Source: Blattabacterium cuenoti
GTDB lineage: Bacteria > Bacteroidota > Bacteroidia > Flavobacteriales > Blattabacteriaceae
Direction: 5' to 3'
NCBI GenBank assembly: GCA_014251975.1
Contig: CP059204.1
Location: 300,001-332,000 of the forward strand
Length of the DNA: 32,000 nucleotides
The translations under genes were made by a program, and so were the position numbers. Below, piece after piece: positions 1 to 9,914 of the stretch. The stretch's first letter is position 1. Every line of letters begins with the position of its first letter. The notes beneath the pieces are model-generated. The model was not told the DNA's origin, searched no databases, and saw only the letters and a list, made by a program, of their open reading frames with translations.

Positions 1-2
1 TT

Positions 3-1061
3 TGGATGGGAAAAACTATAATAAAATCTGATAGAAAATTTACATATGATGAGGTACAAAAAATAATACATAAAAAAAAGGGATATTTTTATAAAGAAAT
101 AAATATATTATTTTTTTTATCTAAGATTTTAAAAAAAAATAGATTACAAAGTGGATCTATTTTTTTAGATAAAATGGAGGTTAAATTTAAACTAGATAAT
201 AAAAATAATCCTATATCTATTTATTTAGAAAAGAATAATCATGCACATACTCTAATAGAAGAGTTTATGTTATTAACTAATAGAAAGGTATCAGAATATA
301 TTAGTTTAAAATTTATAAAAAAAAATAGTTTTTTTTCTAAACCATATATATATAGAGTTCATGATAAGCCTGATACTAAAAAAGTTTTTTTTTTAAAAAA
401 TGTAATTAAACCCTTAGGATATAGTTTAGACTTAAAAAATCTGAAAAATTCTATTAATAATTTACTTTATAAAATAAAAGGTAGACCTGAACAAAATATG
501 ATTGAAAATTTAATACTAAGATCTATGAGTAAAGCTAAATATTCTACAAAAAATATAGGCCACTATGGTTTATCTTTCATACATTATACTCATTTTACAT
601 CTCCAATAAGAAGATATTCAGATATTATAGCCCATAGATTATTAAATTATTATTTAAATAAAAAAAAGAAAAATATTAAAATAAAATCAACAATGTTTTA
701 TGAATTACAATCTAAACATTGTAGTTACAAAGAACGTTTAGCTATAGATATTGAAAGAGAATTTATAAAATTTATGAAAATTAAATTTTTAAAAAAATTT
801 TTAGGAATGGAATTATATGGTGTTATATCTGGCTTTACAAATTGGAATATATATATTGATTTATTATCATTTCAAGCAGAAGGTGTTATAAAAATACGTA
901 ATATAAATGAAGATAATTACAAATTTGAATCAAAAAGTTGCAGAATTATAGGAAATAAAAAAAAAAAAGTTTATTATTTAGGAGAAAAAATAAAAGTAAA
1001 ATTAATAAAAATAAATTTGGGAAAAAGAAAAATTTTTTTAGAATTGATAGGTAAAATTTAA
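3..1061 (+). CDS. rnr: Ribonuclease R (RNase II/R family), 3' portion; 5' end lies outside the window
   Basis: The frame is open to the window edge. It has the RNB catalytic-domain motif HYGLSFIHYTHFTSPIRRYSDIIAHRLL and a C-terminal S1-like segment (GVISGFTNWNIYIDL...GEKIKVKLIKINLGKRKIFLEL). Confidence 0.85.
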   Translation, partial: WMGKTIIKSDRKFTYDEVQKIIHKKKGYFYKEINILFFLSKILKKNRLQSGSIFLDKMEVKFKLDNKNNPISIYLEKNNHAHTLIEEFMLLTNRKVSEYISLKFIKKNSFFSKPYIYRVHDKPDTKKVFFLKNVIKPLGYSLDLKNLKNSINNLLYKIKGRPEQNMIENLILRSMSKAKYSTKNIGHYGLSFIHYTHFTSPIRRYSDIIAHRLLNYYLNKKKKNIKIKSTMFYELQSKHCSYKERLAIDIEREFIKFMKIKFLKKFLGMELYGVISGFTNWNIYIDLLSFQAEGVIKIRNINEDNYKFESKSCRIIGNKKKKVYYLGEKIKVKLIKINLGKRKIFLELIGKI

Positions 1062-1069
1062 AAAATATA

Positions 1070-1534
1070 CTATATTCTAACAGAATTTGGAACAAATTTT
1101 GTATAATCTCCACCGTTTTTAATAATACTTCTAACTAAAAAAGAGTTTATATAAGACATTTTATGAGAAGAAATTAAAAAAATAGTTTCAATTTTTTTAT
1201 ATAATTCATTATTAATAAATAATATATTTTTTTCAAATTCGAAATCTAATTGATTTCTAATCCCTCTTAATATAAAATTAACTTTTTTTTTTTTACAAAA
1301 AGATATAGTCAACCCTATATAAGAATATATTTCTATTTTTTTGTTGTATTTTTTTGAAAAACTTTTAGATATCCATATCTTTCTTTTTTTTATGGAGAAC
1401 ATATTTTTTTTACCTAAATTATTACCTATAGCTATTATAATTTTATCAAATAAATTTAAACCTCTTTTAACAATATCACAATGTCCTATAGTTATAGGAT
1501 CAAAAGTGCCTGGGAATATTGCAATTTTTTTCAT
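1070..1534 (-). CDS. coaD: Phosphopantetheine adenylyltransferase
   Basis: 154 aa with the N-terminal nucleotidyltransferase motif FPGTFDPITIGHCDIVKRG. Length is typical of CoaD. Confidence 0.9.
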   Translation of the reverse strand: MKKIAIFPGTFDPITIGHCDIVKRGLNLFDKIIIAIGNNLGKKNMFSIKKRKIWISKSFSKKYNKKIEIYSYIGLTISFCKKKKVNFILRGIRNQLDFEFEKNILFINNELYKKIETIFLISSHKMSYINSFLVRSIIKNGGDYTKFVPNSVRI

Positions 1535-1675
1535 TAAAAATATTAATTATTTAACTAAATTAAAAAATAAAACTAAATAAAACTATTTAATTACAAGTTT
1601 ACATTTAATAAATGAAAAAAATTATTTTATGTTTAATAAAAAAAAACATTATTTTAATTAAAAAAAACTGTTTAA

Positions 1676-4099
1676 GTGAATAAAAATCCTAATTTAATCT
1701 ATTATTTTAATATATTTATTTTTTATTTCTGGGTAATATTTTTTTTAGGGATATCTATTTTTTTTTTAATTTTTTATGCTGCATCAAAAGAATACTTAGG
1801 CCCTCTACCGAATTCATATGAAATATATAATAATCCTAACAATTTAGCTACAAAGGTATATGATATTAATGGGAAATTTCTTGGAGAATTTTCTAATAGT
1901 AACTCTAACGTATTAAATTACAAAGATTTACCTATCCATTTTATTTCTGCATTATTGTCTAAAGAAGATATTCGTTTTCAAAAACATTCTGGTATAGACA
2001 GAAAATCTTTTTTAAGAGCATTTCTTACTTTAGGTAAAAGAGGAGGTGGTAGTACTATATCACAACAATTAGCTAAGTTAATTTTTACTGGGAAACCAGC
2101 AATTAATAGATTACAAAGAGTTAATCAGAAGATATTAGAATGGATAATGGCAGTAGAATTAGAAAAAATGTATACAAAAAAAGAAATTTTAACTATGTAC
2201 TGTAATAATTTTGATTTTTTATATAATTCAAAAGGTGTAGAAGGTGCAGCAATTACTTACTTTAATAAACATTCATCTCAACTTAAATTAGGAGAATCCG
2301 CTGTTATAGTAGGTATGTTAGAAAATCCATTATTATACAATCCAAAAAATCATCCTGATAGAGCTAAAAGACAAAGAAATTTAATATTAAAGCAAATGAG
2401 AAAATATCATTTTATTAAAGTTTCTGATACTAAATTTCAAAATGAATTAAATAAACCTATAAAAATTAATTTTAAATCAACAAGAAATAATTCTAATATA
2501 CTATCTACTTATTACAGTGAATTTTTAAAGAAAGAAATTAATACTTTTTTAGATGAATATGAAAAACAAACTGGAGTTAAAATAAATTTATATACAAGTG
2601 GATTAAGAATATATACGTCTATTGATAAAAAAATGCAAATAAATGCTGAAAAATCTGTTAAAAAACATCTTAAAAAATTACAAGATATTTTTAATAAAAG
2701 TAAAGTAAAAAATAAAAATAAAAATTTTCCTTTTATAAATTTATCAACAAAAAAATCAAATAGAATTATTATAGCAGCTATTTACAGAAGTCCTTTTTAT
2801 AAAGAATTACGTAAAAAAGGTTTTTCTAATAAACAAATTATAGAAAATTTTAGAAAACCTCGTAAAATTACAATTTTTACTTGGGATGGAGACCAAAAAG
2901 TGTTAATGTCTATATTTGATTTAATTCGTTATCAGAAAAGTATAATTCAATCAGGACTAATTTCTGTAGAATCATCTACTGGATATATTAAAGCTTGGGT
3001 AGGAGGCATTAATTATAATCATTTTCAATATGATCATGTAGAAAAAACAAAAAGACAAGTTGGGTCAATTTTTAAACCTATATTGTATGCAACAGCAATA
3101 AATAAATTTAATTATGATCCTTGTACAAAAATATCAAATGATAGATTCAAATTAGGTAATTGGGCTCCTAGAAATTACAATAATAAATATGGAGGTACCT
3201 TAACATTAAAAGATAGTTTAGCTTTATCTACAAATATTATTTCAGCACGATTAATATCTAAAATTACTGCAAAACCAGTAATAAATATGGCTAAAAAAAT
3301 GGGTATTAAATCTTTTATCCCTAATAACCCTTCTATTGCTATTGGATCTGCAGATTTAACTTTATATGAAATGACAGGGGCATTTAATGTATTTACAAAT
3401 TATGGTATATATGTAAAACCAAAAATATTACTAAGGATAGAAGATAAATATGGCAATGTTATTAAAAATAATACTTCTGTTAAAAAAACTAAAGTATTTA
3501 ATAAAAAAACTTCAAATATGATGTTAAATTTAATGAGAGGTGTAGTAAAATATGGTACTGCTAATAGTTTAATTACTAAATATAAAATGAAAGGGGATAT
3601 TGTAGGTAAAACTGGTACTACAAATGATAATTCAGATGGTTGGTTTATTGGGATGACTCCTAATTTAACTACTGGTATATGGGTAGGATGGGAAGATAGA
3701 TATACTCATTTTGAAGATAACAATATTGGACAAGGATCACAAATGGCATTACCAATATGGAGTTACTACATGAAATCATTATATAGTAATCCTAGTAAAA
3801 AATATAATAATTTATCATTCAATATTGATAATAATTGGAATTGTATAGATAATATTAATAATAGAAAACTTTTTAAAAAAAATGATATAACAAATAAAGA
3901 AACAATAAATAATATTTCAAAAAATAATGATGAAATAATAAAAATTAATAATGATAAAAAATTATCAGAATTAGAAAAAAATAATGAAACTAATGAAGTA
4001 TTTAATGATGATAAAGAATATGATAAAGAATATATTATTAGTAATGAAAAAGAAATAAAAAGTAAAGAAAAAAATAATAATAAAATTGAAAATAAATAA
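1676..4099 (+). CDS. mrcA: Class A penicillin-binding protein (bifunctional glycosyltransferase/transpeptidase, PBP1A-like) with an N/K/E-rich C-terminal tail
   Basis: GTG start directly after an in-frame TAA. N-terminal membrane anchor is present. GT51 motifs: EDIRFQKHSGID and GGSTISQQLAK. Transpeptidase motifs: SIFKP (SxxK), STN (SxN) and KTGTT. Confidence 0.9.
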   Translation: MNKNPNLIYYFNIFIFYFWVIFFLGISIFFLIFYAASKEYLGPLPNSYEIYNNPNNLATKVYDINGKFLGEFSNSNSNVLNYKDLPIHFISALLSKEDIRFQKHSGIDRKSFLRAFLTLGKRGGGSTISQQLAKLIFTGKPAINRLQRVNQKILEWIMAVELEKMYTKKEILTMYCNNFDFLYNSKGVEGAAITYFNKHSSQLKLGESAVIVGMLENPLLYNPKNHPDRAKRQRNLILKQMRKYHFIKVSDTKFQNELNKPIKINFKSTRNNSNILSTYYSEFLKKEINTFLDEYEKQTGVKINLYTSGLRIYTSIDKKMQINAEKSVKKHLKKLQDIFNKSKVKNKNKNFPFINLSTKKSNRIIIAAIYRSPFYKELRKKGFSNKQIIENFRKPRKITIFTWDGDQKVLMSIFDLIRYQKSIIQSGLISVESSTGYIKAWVGGINYNHFQYDHVEKTKRQVGSIFKPILYATAINKFNYDPCTKISNDRFKLGNWAPRNYNNKYGGTLTLKDSLALSTNIISARLISKITAKPVINMAKKMGIKSFIPNNPSIAIGSADLTLYEMTGAFNVFTNYGIYVKPKILLRIEDKYGNVIKNNTSVKKTKVFNKKTSNMMLNLMRGVVKYGTANSLITKYKMKGDIVGKTGTTNDNSDGWFIGMTPNLTTGIWVGWEDRYTHFEDNNIGQGSQMALPIWSYYMKSLYSNPSKKYNNLSFNIDNNWNCIDNINNRKLFKKNDITNKETINNISKNNDEIIKINNDKKLSELEKNNETNEVFNDDKEYDKEYIISNEKEIKSKEKNNNKIENK

Positions 4100-4141
4100 T
4101 AAAGGTAAATAGTCCTATTATAATTAATAATTAACAAATAT

Positions 4142-4184
4142 ATTATGAAGATAATATATATTAAATATATATTATCTTCATAAT
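4142..4184. terminator. Perfect palindrome (21-nt arms around a single central base) in the 94-bp gap between the convergent PBP and cysJ genes; candidate bidirectional terminator hairpin
   Basis: attatgaagataatatatatt (4142-4162) is the exact reverse complement of aatatatattatcttcataat (4164-4184). I paired it base by base. T/A-rich flanks lie on both sides. Confidence 0.55.
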
Positions 4185-4193
4185 CATTAAATT

Positions 4194-5855
4194 TTAATAT
4201 ACATCTTTTAAATATCTACTATTTTTTTTCATATTATCTATAAATAACAATGGATATTTTTCTTTTCCTACATTTTCTATTATTTTTAATATTATATTAT
4301 CTATATCAATACTCATTGTATCTTTTTTACCACATATATATACGTAAGCACCATTTTTTATCCAATAAAAAAACTCTATACGATTTTCCCATATTATATC
4401 TTGAATATATATTTTTTTATTTTGATCTCTAGAAAAAGCTAAACTAACTTTATTAATAATTCCTTTTATTTCCCAATTTTTTATTTCTTCATTATACAAA
4501 AAGTCAATATATTCATACTGATTACCAAAAAATAACCAGTTTTTACCTGATGATTTGTAATATTCTCTTTCATATAAAAAAGACCTAAAAGGAGCTATTC
4601 CCGTACCAGTACCAATAAGTATTATATTTTTACTTTTATTCTTTGGCAATCTAAATGAATTATTTTTATATATAAAAAATGATAACTTATCACCTATTTT
4701 TAAATTTGATAAAAAATTTGAACAATATCCATATTTAATTTTTCCATTTATATTAAAATAGTTTAAAGCTACAGTTATGTGTATTACATTAAAATGTACT
4801 TTATATGAAGAAGATATAGAATATAACCTAGGTTTTATTTCATCTAGTTTAGAAAATAATTTTTTTAAAGAATATTTATCTAATTTAATAGGTATTTTAT
4901 TTACAATATCAATAAGACTCCATTTTTTTTTCAAGTCTATAAATATATCTTTATTTTTTTCTAATTTTTTGTATAAAAAAATATATTCTTCTAAAAAATT
5001 TTTAGATAAGTTAAAAATATTCTTTTCTTTTTTTAATATATAAAATATTTCATCATTTTTATTTATTTTTAAAATATTTAAAATATCATTTACTTCTTCT
5101 GAAGAATTAGTTGGATATACACCAATGGAATCTCCTGGAAAATATTTAATAGAATTTTGTATAGAAATTTCTATATGATGAATTTTTCTATTTTTATCTT
5201 TTGATTTTTTATTAAGAATTATGTTTTTTAAAATTTTTCCACATAATTTGTTATCTGAATTAATATTAATTTTTTTAAAAAAATCTAAAATTTTAACAAA
5301 CCATTTATTAGAATCTTTTTTATAATATACATCACATCTATGAAAATTTACAATTCTACTACCTCCTATTTCTTTCAATCTTTTATCTATATCATATCCT
5401 GCTTTACAAAATTGTGAATAAGATTTATCTCCTAATGCTAATACACTATATTTTAGATTTTTTAAGTTATTTAGTCTTTTTTCATGAATAAAATTAAAAA
5501 AATTTGTTGCTGTTTTGGGTGGATCCCCGTCACCATGAGTACTAATTATAATAAGTAAATATTTTTCATTGTATAATTGATGATTTTTATATTTTTCTAA
5601 ATTTATCAATTTTATATTTTTATATAAAATTATTAATTTTTTATATATGCATAAAGCTAATTCTTTTGCATTTCCAGTAACCGTTCCATATACTATTGTA
5701 ATAGGTAAATCTTTATAGTTTTTATTTTTTTTATAAATTAATTTATTTGAATTATATAACATACCATATATGTATCCATACATCCATATTATTTCTTCTA
5801 TAGAAGATTTTTCAATTAAATCAATAAATATTTTTTGTGATTTTTCTAATAACAT
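4194..5855 (-). CDS. cysJ: Sulfite reductase [NADPH] flavoprotein alpha-component
   Basis: Flavodoxin-like N-terminal domain, FAD motif RLYSISSS, NADPH motif GTGTGIAPFRSF, and a C-terminal ...YLKDVY as in CysJ/CPR-family reductases. Confidence 0.88.
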   Translation of the reverse strand: MLLEKSQKIFIDLIEKSSIEEIIWMYGYIYGMLYNSNKLIYKKNKNYKDLPITIVYGTVTGNAKELALCIYKKLIILYKNIKLINLEKYKNHQLYNEKYLLIIISTHGDGDPPKTATNFFNFIHEKRLNNLKNLKYSVLALGDKSYSQFCKAGYDIDKRLKEIGGSRIVNFHRCDVYYKKDSNKWFVKILDFFKKININSDNKLCGKILKNIILNKKSKDKNRKIHHIEISIQNSIKYFPGDSIGVYPTNSSEEVNDILNILKINKNDEIFYILKKEKNIFNLSKNFLEEYIFLYKKLEKNKDIFIDLKKKWSLIDIVNKIPIKLDKYSLKKLFSKLDEIKPRLYSISSSYKVHFNVIHITVALNYFNINGKIKYGYCSNFLSNLKIGDKLSFFIYKNNSFRLPKNKSKNIILIGTGTGIAPFRSFLYEREYYKSSGKNWLFFGNQYEYIDFLYNEEIKNWEIKGIINKVSLAFSRDQNKKIYIQDIIWENRIEFFYWIKNGAYVYICGKKDTMSIDIDNIILKIIENVGKEKYPLLFIDNMKKNSRYLKDVY

Positions 5856-5869
5856 AAATTTTAATAATA

Positions 5870-6781
5870 TTAATTAAATAAATCGTTAACTGATAAATAT
5901 CTTTCTCCAGTATCATAATTTATAGTTAAAATATTGGAATTTTTACAGAATTGTGATAAATTTTTATTTATCGCAGATAAAGATGCGCCTGTAGATATAC
6001 CTACTAATATACCTTCTTTTTTTGCAATTTTTTTAACAAAATTAAAAGCTTCTTCTTTTGATACTAAAAAAGTTCCATTTAATAAATTTACATTTAAAAT
6101 TGGAGGTATAAAACCTGCACCTAAACCTTGTAAAAAATGTGGTTTAGGTTCCCCACCAAAAATTACAGGAGATTCTTTAGGTTCTACAGAAAAAATTTTT
6201 ACTTTTGGAAATTTATCTCTTAAAATTTCTCCTATACCGGTTATATGTCCACCTGTTCCTACTCCTGTTATAAAATAGTCAATTCCATTAGGGAAATCAT
6301 CAATTATTTCTTTTGCAGTTTTGTACTTATGAGCATTAATATTAGAAGGATTATTAAATTGTCTAGGCATCCAAGAGTTAGGTATTATATTTACTAATTC
6401 TTCTGCTTTATTTATTGCTCCTTTCATACCATATTTTTTAGGAGTTAATACAAATTTTGCTCCAAATATTGAAAATAATTTTCTTCTTTCTATACTCATT
6501 GATTCTGGCATTACTAAAATTAACCTATACCCTTTTACGGAAGATATTATAGATAAACCTATACCAGTATTACCAGATGTTGGTTCAATAATAATATCTC
6601 CTTTTTTAATAATTTTTTTTTTTTCTGCATCTTCTATCATAGATAATGCAATTCTATCTTTAATACTACCTCCAGGATTGTTTCTTTCTAACTTCATCCA
6701 AACATTATGATTAGGAAATAATATTTTTAGACGCACATGTGGAGTATTACCAATAGTATTCAAAATGTTATTAACTTTCAT
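5870..6781 (-). CDS. cysK: Cysteine synthase A (O-acetylserine sulfhydrylase)
   Basis: PLP-lysine motif NPGGSIKDR, plus SGNTGIGL and GVGTGGHITG loops. 303 aa. Confidence 0.93.
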   Translation of the reverse strand: MKVNNILNTIGNTPHVRLKILFPNHNVWMKLERNNPGGSIKDRIALSMIEDAEKKKIIKKGDIIIEPTSGNTGIGLSIISSVKGYRLILVMPESMSIERRKLFSIFGAKFVLTPKKYGMKGAINKAEELVNIIPNSWMPRQFNNPSNINAHKYKTAKEIIDDFPNGIDYFITGVGTGGHITGIGEILRDKFPKVKIFSVEPKESPVIFGGEPKPHFLQGLGAGFIPPILNVNLLNGTFLVSKEEAFNFVKKIAKKEGILVGISTGASLSAINKNLSQFCKNSNILTINYDTGERYLSVNDLFN

Positions 6782-6801
6782 AAATTAAATTTATTACTTT
6801 T

Positions 6802-7659
6802 TTATATCATAAAATTAATAGGATTATTAATATTATTTTTATTCCTCATTTTTATTTCACTTTTTTGATACACAATAGAAAATGGTGGTATACTTTTAGT
6901 AATCCAAACATTTCCACCAAGTACACTATCATGTCCTATTACTGTTTTACCACCAAGTATTGTAGCACCAGAATAAATAATTACTCTATCTTCTATAGTA
7001 GGATGTCTTTTTTTATTATAAAATTTTTTATCAACATTAATAGCACCTAATGTTACTCCTTGGTATATTCTTACTTGGTTGCCAATTTTAGTACTTGAAC
7101 CAATAACTATCCCAGTACCATGATCAATTGCAAAAGCGCTACCTATTATAGCAGAAAAATGTATATCTATTCCGGTTTTACTATGAGCATACTCTGTAAT
7201 AATTCTAGGAATTATTGATACTCCTTGGTCCCATAATTGATTAGCTATTCTATATAATGCTATAGAAAAAAAACCAGGATATGTTAAAAAAATTTCATCA
7301 ATTGAATTAGCTGCTGGATCAGATTCTAATATAGACTTAGCATCTATTATTAGTAAATTATAAATATTTGGTATTTTTTTAAAAAAATTTTTAGATATGA
7401 TATTTGAGTTTTTTTGTGAAAAATTTAATTCAATTAAAATTTTATACAAAATTATACGAAGTTTTTTATAATAATTAATAAAAGATTTTCTATTTTTATA
7501 ATTAGGTATAAATAATATATTAAATAATTTTTTTACAAAAAACTCTGATCTTTCTTTAATAGAAAAATTTTTTATTTTTTTATTATATTCGAATATAGTT
7601 TTTAGAAAATCTAAATCAACCATTGATTTATTTTTTTTATAATTTGTAAAAAATTGCAT
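6802..7659 (-). CDS. cysE: Serine O-acetyltransferase. Start is uncertain: ATG at 7659 or 7623. The 7770 start in the ORF track would overlap icd by 87 nt and is unlikely.
   Basis: Hexapeptide/left-handed beta-helix region (HGTGIVIGSSTKIGNQVRIYQGVTLG...IIYSGATILGGKTVIGHDSVLGGNVWI), preceded by a SAT N-terminal helical domain. Confidence 0.85.
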   Translation of the reverse strand: MQFFTNYKKNKSMVDLDFLKTIFEYNKKIKNFSIKERSEFFVKKLFNILFIPNYKNRKSFINYYKKLRIILYKILIELNFSQKNSNIISKNFFKKIPNIYNLLIIDAKSILESDPAANSIDEIFLTYPGFFSIALYRIANQLWDQGVSIIPRIITEYAHSKTGIDIHFSAIIGSAFAIDHGTGIVIGSSTKIGNQVRIYQGVTLGAINVDKKFYNKKRHPTIEDRVIIYSGATILGGKTVIGHDSVLGGNVWITKSIPPFSIVYQKSEIKMRNKNNINNPINFMI

Positions 7660-7683
7660 TTTATATACATATAATTTTTTAAA

Positions 7684-8922
7684 ATGAAAAAAATAAAAGT
7701 TAAAAATCCAATTGTTGAAATGGATGGTGATGAAATGGCAAGAGTTATATGGAAATATATTAAAGAACATTTCATATTACCTTATTTAGATATAAAAATA
7801 ATTTATTTTGATTTAGGAATAAAAAGTAGAGATAAAACGAATAATAAAATTACTATAGATGCTGCTAATTGTTTAAAAAAAATTAATGTAGGTATAAAAT
7901 GTGCTACTATTACACCTGATAAAAAAAGAGTTAAAGAATTTAATTTAAAAAAAATGTGGCCATCTCCTAATGGAGTTATTAGAAATATTATTGATGGAAC
8001 TATATTTAGAGAACCTATAATTATAAAAAATATTCCTCGTTTTATTAAAAATTGGAAAGAATCTATATGTATTGCTAGGCATGCACACGCTGATCAATAT
8101 GATGCTATAGATTTTTTGGTTGATGGAGAAGGTGAATTATCTATATCTTTTACACCAAAAGATAATAATAAAGAAAATAAAAAATTTACTATACATAAAT
8201 TTAAAGGTCCAGGTATTGCTATGGGGATGTATAATACAGATAAATCTATATTTAGTTTTGCACGTTCTTGTTTTAATTATTCTATTTACAAAAAATGGAA
8301 TCTTTTTCTATCAACAAAAAATACAATTTTAAAGTCATATGATGGTAGGTATAAAGATATTTTTAAACATGTATTTTTTACTGAGTTTATAGAAAAATTT
8401 AAAAAATTAGGAATATACTATGAACATCGTTTAATAGACGATATGATAGCAACAGCTATTAAATCAGATGGTAAATTTATATGGGCTTGTAAAAATTATG
8501 ATGGAGATATACAATCAGATTGTATAGCACAAGGATTTGGTTCATTAGGATTAATGACATCTGTTTTAATTTCTCCTGATGGTAAAACTTTAGAATCTGA
8601 AGCTGCACATGGTACTATTACTAGACATTATAAATTATATAAAAAAGGACTTCCAACTTCTACAAATCCAATAGCTTTAATATTTTCTTGGAGTAGAGGG
8701 TTGAGACATAGAGCATTATTAGATAATAATAAAAATTTAAAAAATTTTTCATATAAAATGGAAAAAATATGTATAAAATTTATAGAATCTGGGAATCTAA
8801 CTAAAGATTTATTTTTTTTAATTAAAAAAATTAACCCTTCACACGATATAAATAATTATTTAGATACTAATACTTTTCTTAAAAGATTAAAAATTGTTTT
8901 TAATAAAACAATTTTTAAGTAA
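7684..8922 (+). CDS. icd: NADP-dependent isocitrate dehydrogenase (subfamily II, eukaryote-like homodimeric type)
   Basis: 412 aa. N-terminus [20 protein letters not shown], with ...[11 protein letters not shown]... and ...[23 protein letters not shown]..., all typical of this IDH family. Confidence 0.92.
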   Translation: MKKIKVKNPIVEMDGDEMARVIWKYIKEHFILPYLDIKIIYFDLGIKSRDKTNNKITIDAANCLKKINVGIKCATITPDKKRVKEFNLKKMWPSPNGVIRNIIDGTIFREPIIIKNIPRFIKNWKESICIARHAHADQYDAIDFLVDGEGELSISFTPKDNNKENKKFTIHKFKGPGIAMGMYNTDKSIFSFARSCFNYSIYKKWNLFLSTKNTILKSYDGRYKDIFKHVFFTEFIEKFKKLGIYYEHRLIDDMIATAIKSDGKFIWACKNYDGDIQSDCIAQGFGSLGLMTSVLISPDGKTLESEAAHGTITRHYKLYKKGLPTSTNPIALIFSWSRGLRHRALLDNNKNLKNFSYKMEKICIKFIESGNLTKDLFFLIKKINPSHDINNYLDTNTFLKRLKIVFNKTIFK

Positions 8923-9906
8923 TTTTTTTACAGTTTTTTCTTTATCTATTTTTCCTATTAATTTTTCTTTAAATTTTTTAACAAAAAAAATTTTTTTAGG
9001 TTTAAAGTATTTTGAACTTTTTAAACTTGATATTTTCAATGTATATGGGTCCCCTTCAACAATTAATATAATTTGTTCTCCCAGAATTTTGTTAGGAATT
9101 TTATATATAAAATATCTTCTATCTATTATAGAACTAAAATATTTTTCTACTAATTCAGGAATAATTTTTATTCCACCACTATTAATAATAGTGTCATATC
9201 TACCTATCCATTCAAATGTATTTTTATTTTTTATATTTACAATATCATTAGTTTGAATAAAAAAATTAGAAAATTTAATGTTTAAACAATTTCTATTATC
9301 TACATCAATTTTAACATCATTAAATGATTTATAATATTTATCATAATTATTTATTTTTTTTATAGCAATGTTACCACAAGTTTCAGTCATACCAAATGTA
9401 TCATAAAAATCTGTACTATTAATAAATAATAATTTTCTTTTTATATATTTAGATATATTCCCACCGCCAATTAAAACAATTTTAATATTTTTTATATTTT
9501 TTATTGAATAAAAAACTTGTATAGGTACCATTGAAGCAATATCAAAACAAAATTTTGGTATTTTTTCTAACGGATTAGATGTAGGTTCAATACAAAAAAT
9601 TTTCCATTTAAAAATTATTGCTCTTATAAGTAACATTTTAGATGCTATTACATTTGGAGATAAACATAATAAACCTTTTACTACTTTTTTTTTATCTAAT
9701 TTTAGATATTTAACTGTTTTTACAGCTCTTTGGTACATATGTTTTTTATATAAAATAATATTTTTTGATTTTCCAGTTGATCCAGAAGTTTTTATTTTAA
9801 TTATATTACTATTATCATACCAATTATTTAAAAAAGAATTAATATCTTTTTCTAAATTCATGTATTTTAGAATATTATTTCTTTTTTGTGAAAAATCTAT
9901 CCACAT
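8887..9906 (-). CDS. menE: O-succinylbenzoate-CoA ligase (short Bacteroidetes type)
   Basis: Adenylate-forming motifs TSGSTGKSK and FGMTETCG. 339 aa. Sits directly downstream of menC in the men cluster. Confidence 0.8.
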   Translation of the reverse strand: MWIDFSQKRNNILKYMNLEKDINSFLNNWYDNSNIIKIKTSGSTGKSKNIILYKKHMYQRAVKTVKYLKLDKKKVVKGLLCLSPNVIASKMLLIRAIIFKWKIFCIEPTSNPLEKIPKFCFDIASMVPIQVFYSIKNIKNIKIVLIGGGNISKYIKRKLLFINSTDFYDTFGMTETCGNIAIKKINNYDKYYKSFNDVKIDVDNRNCLNIKFSNFFIQTNDIVNIKNKNTFEWIGRYDTIINSGGIKIIPELVEKYFSSIIDRRYFIYKIPNKILGEQIILIVEGDPYTLKISSLKSSKYFKPKKIFFVKKFKEKLIGKIDKEKTVKKLLKNCFIKNNF

Positions 9907-9914
9907 TATAAACT

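Noticed and set aside
1341-1580. Short ORFs antisense to annotated genes: 1341-1580, 3766-4137, 4250-4432, 4777-5043, 5934-6278, 6865-7050, 8120-8332, 8894-9256, 15663-15845, 18209-18481, 18756-18962, 21005-21211, 21525-21764, 28488-28721, 29821-30057
   Set aside because: All lie entirely within, or opposite to, strongly supported genes. Their translations are low-complexity (F/L/I/K-rich, or P-rich opposite Gly-rich regions) with no recognisable motifs. These are typical shadow ORFs.
1535-1675. A divergent coaD/PBP intergenic region scanned for Bacteroidetes-type promoter elements (TAnnTTTG -7 box); tatgttta near 1628-1636 is a near match
   Set aside because: In sequence this AT-rich, such near-matches occur by chance everywhere. 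With no transcript data I cannot support a promoter call.
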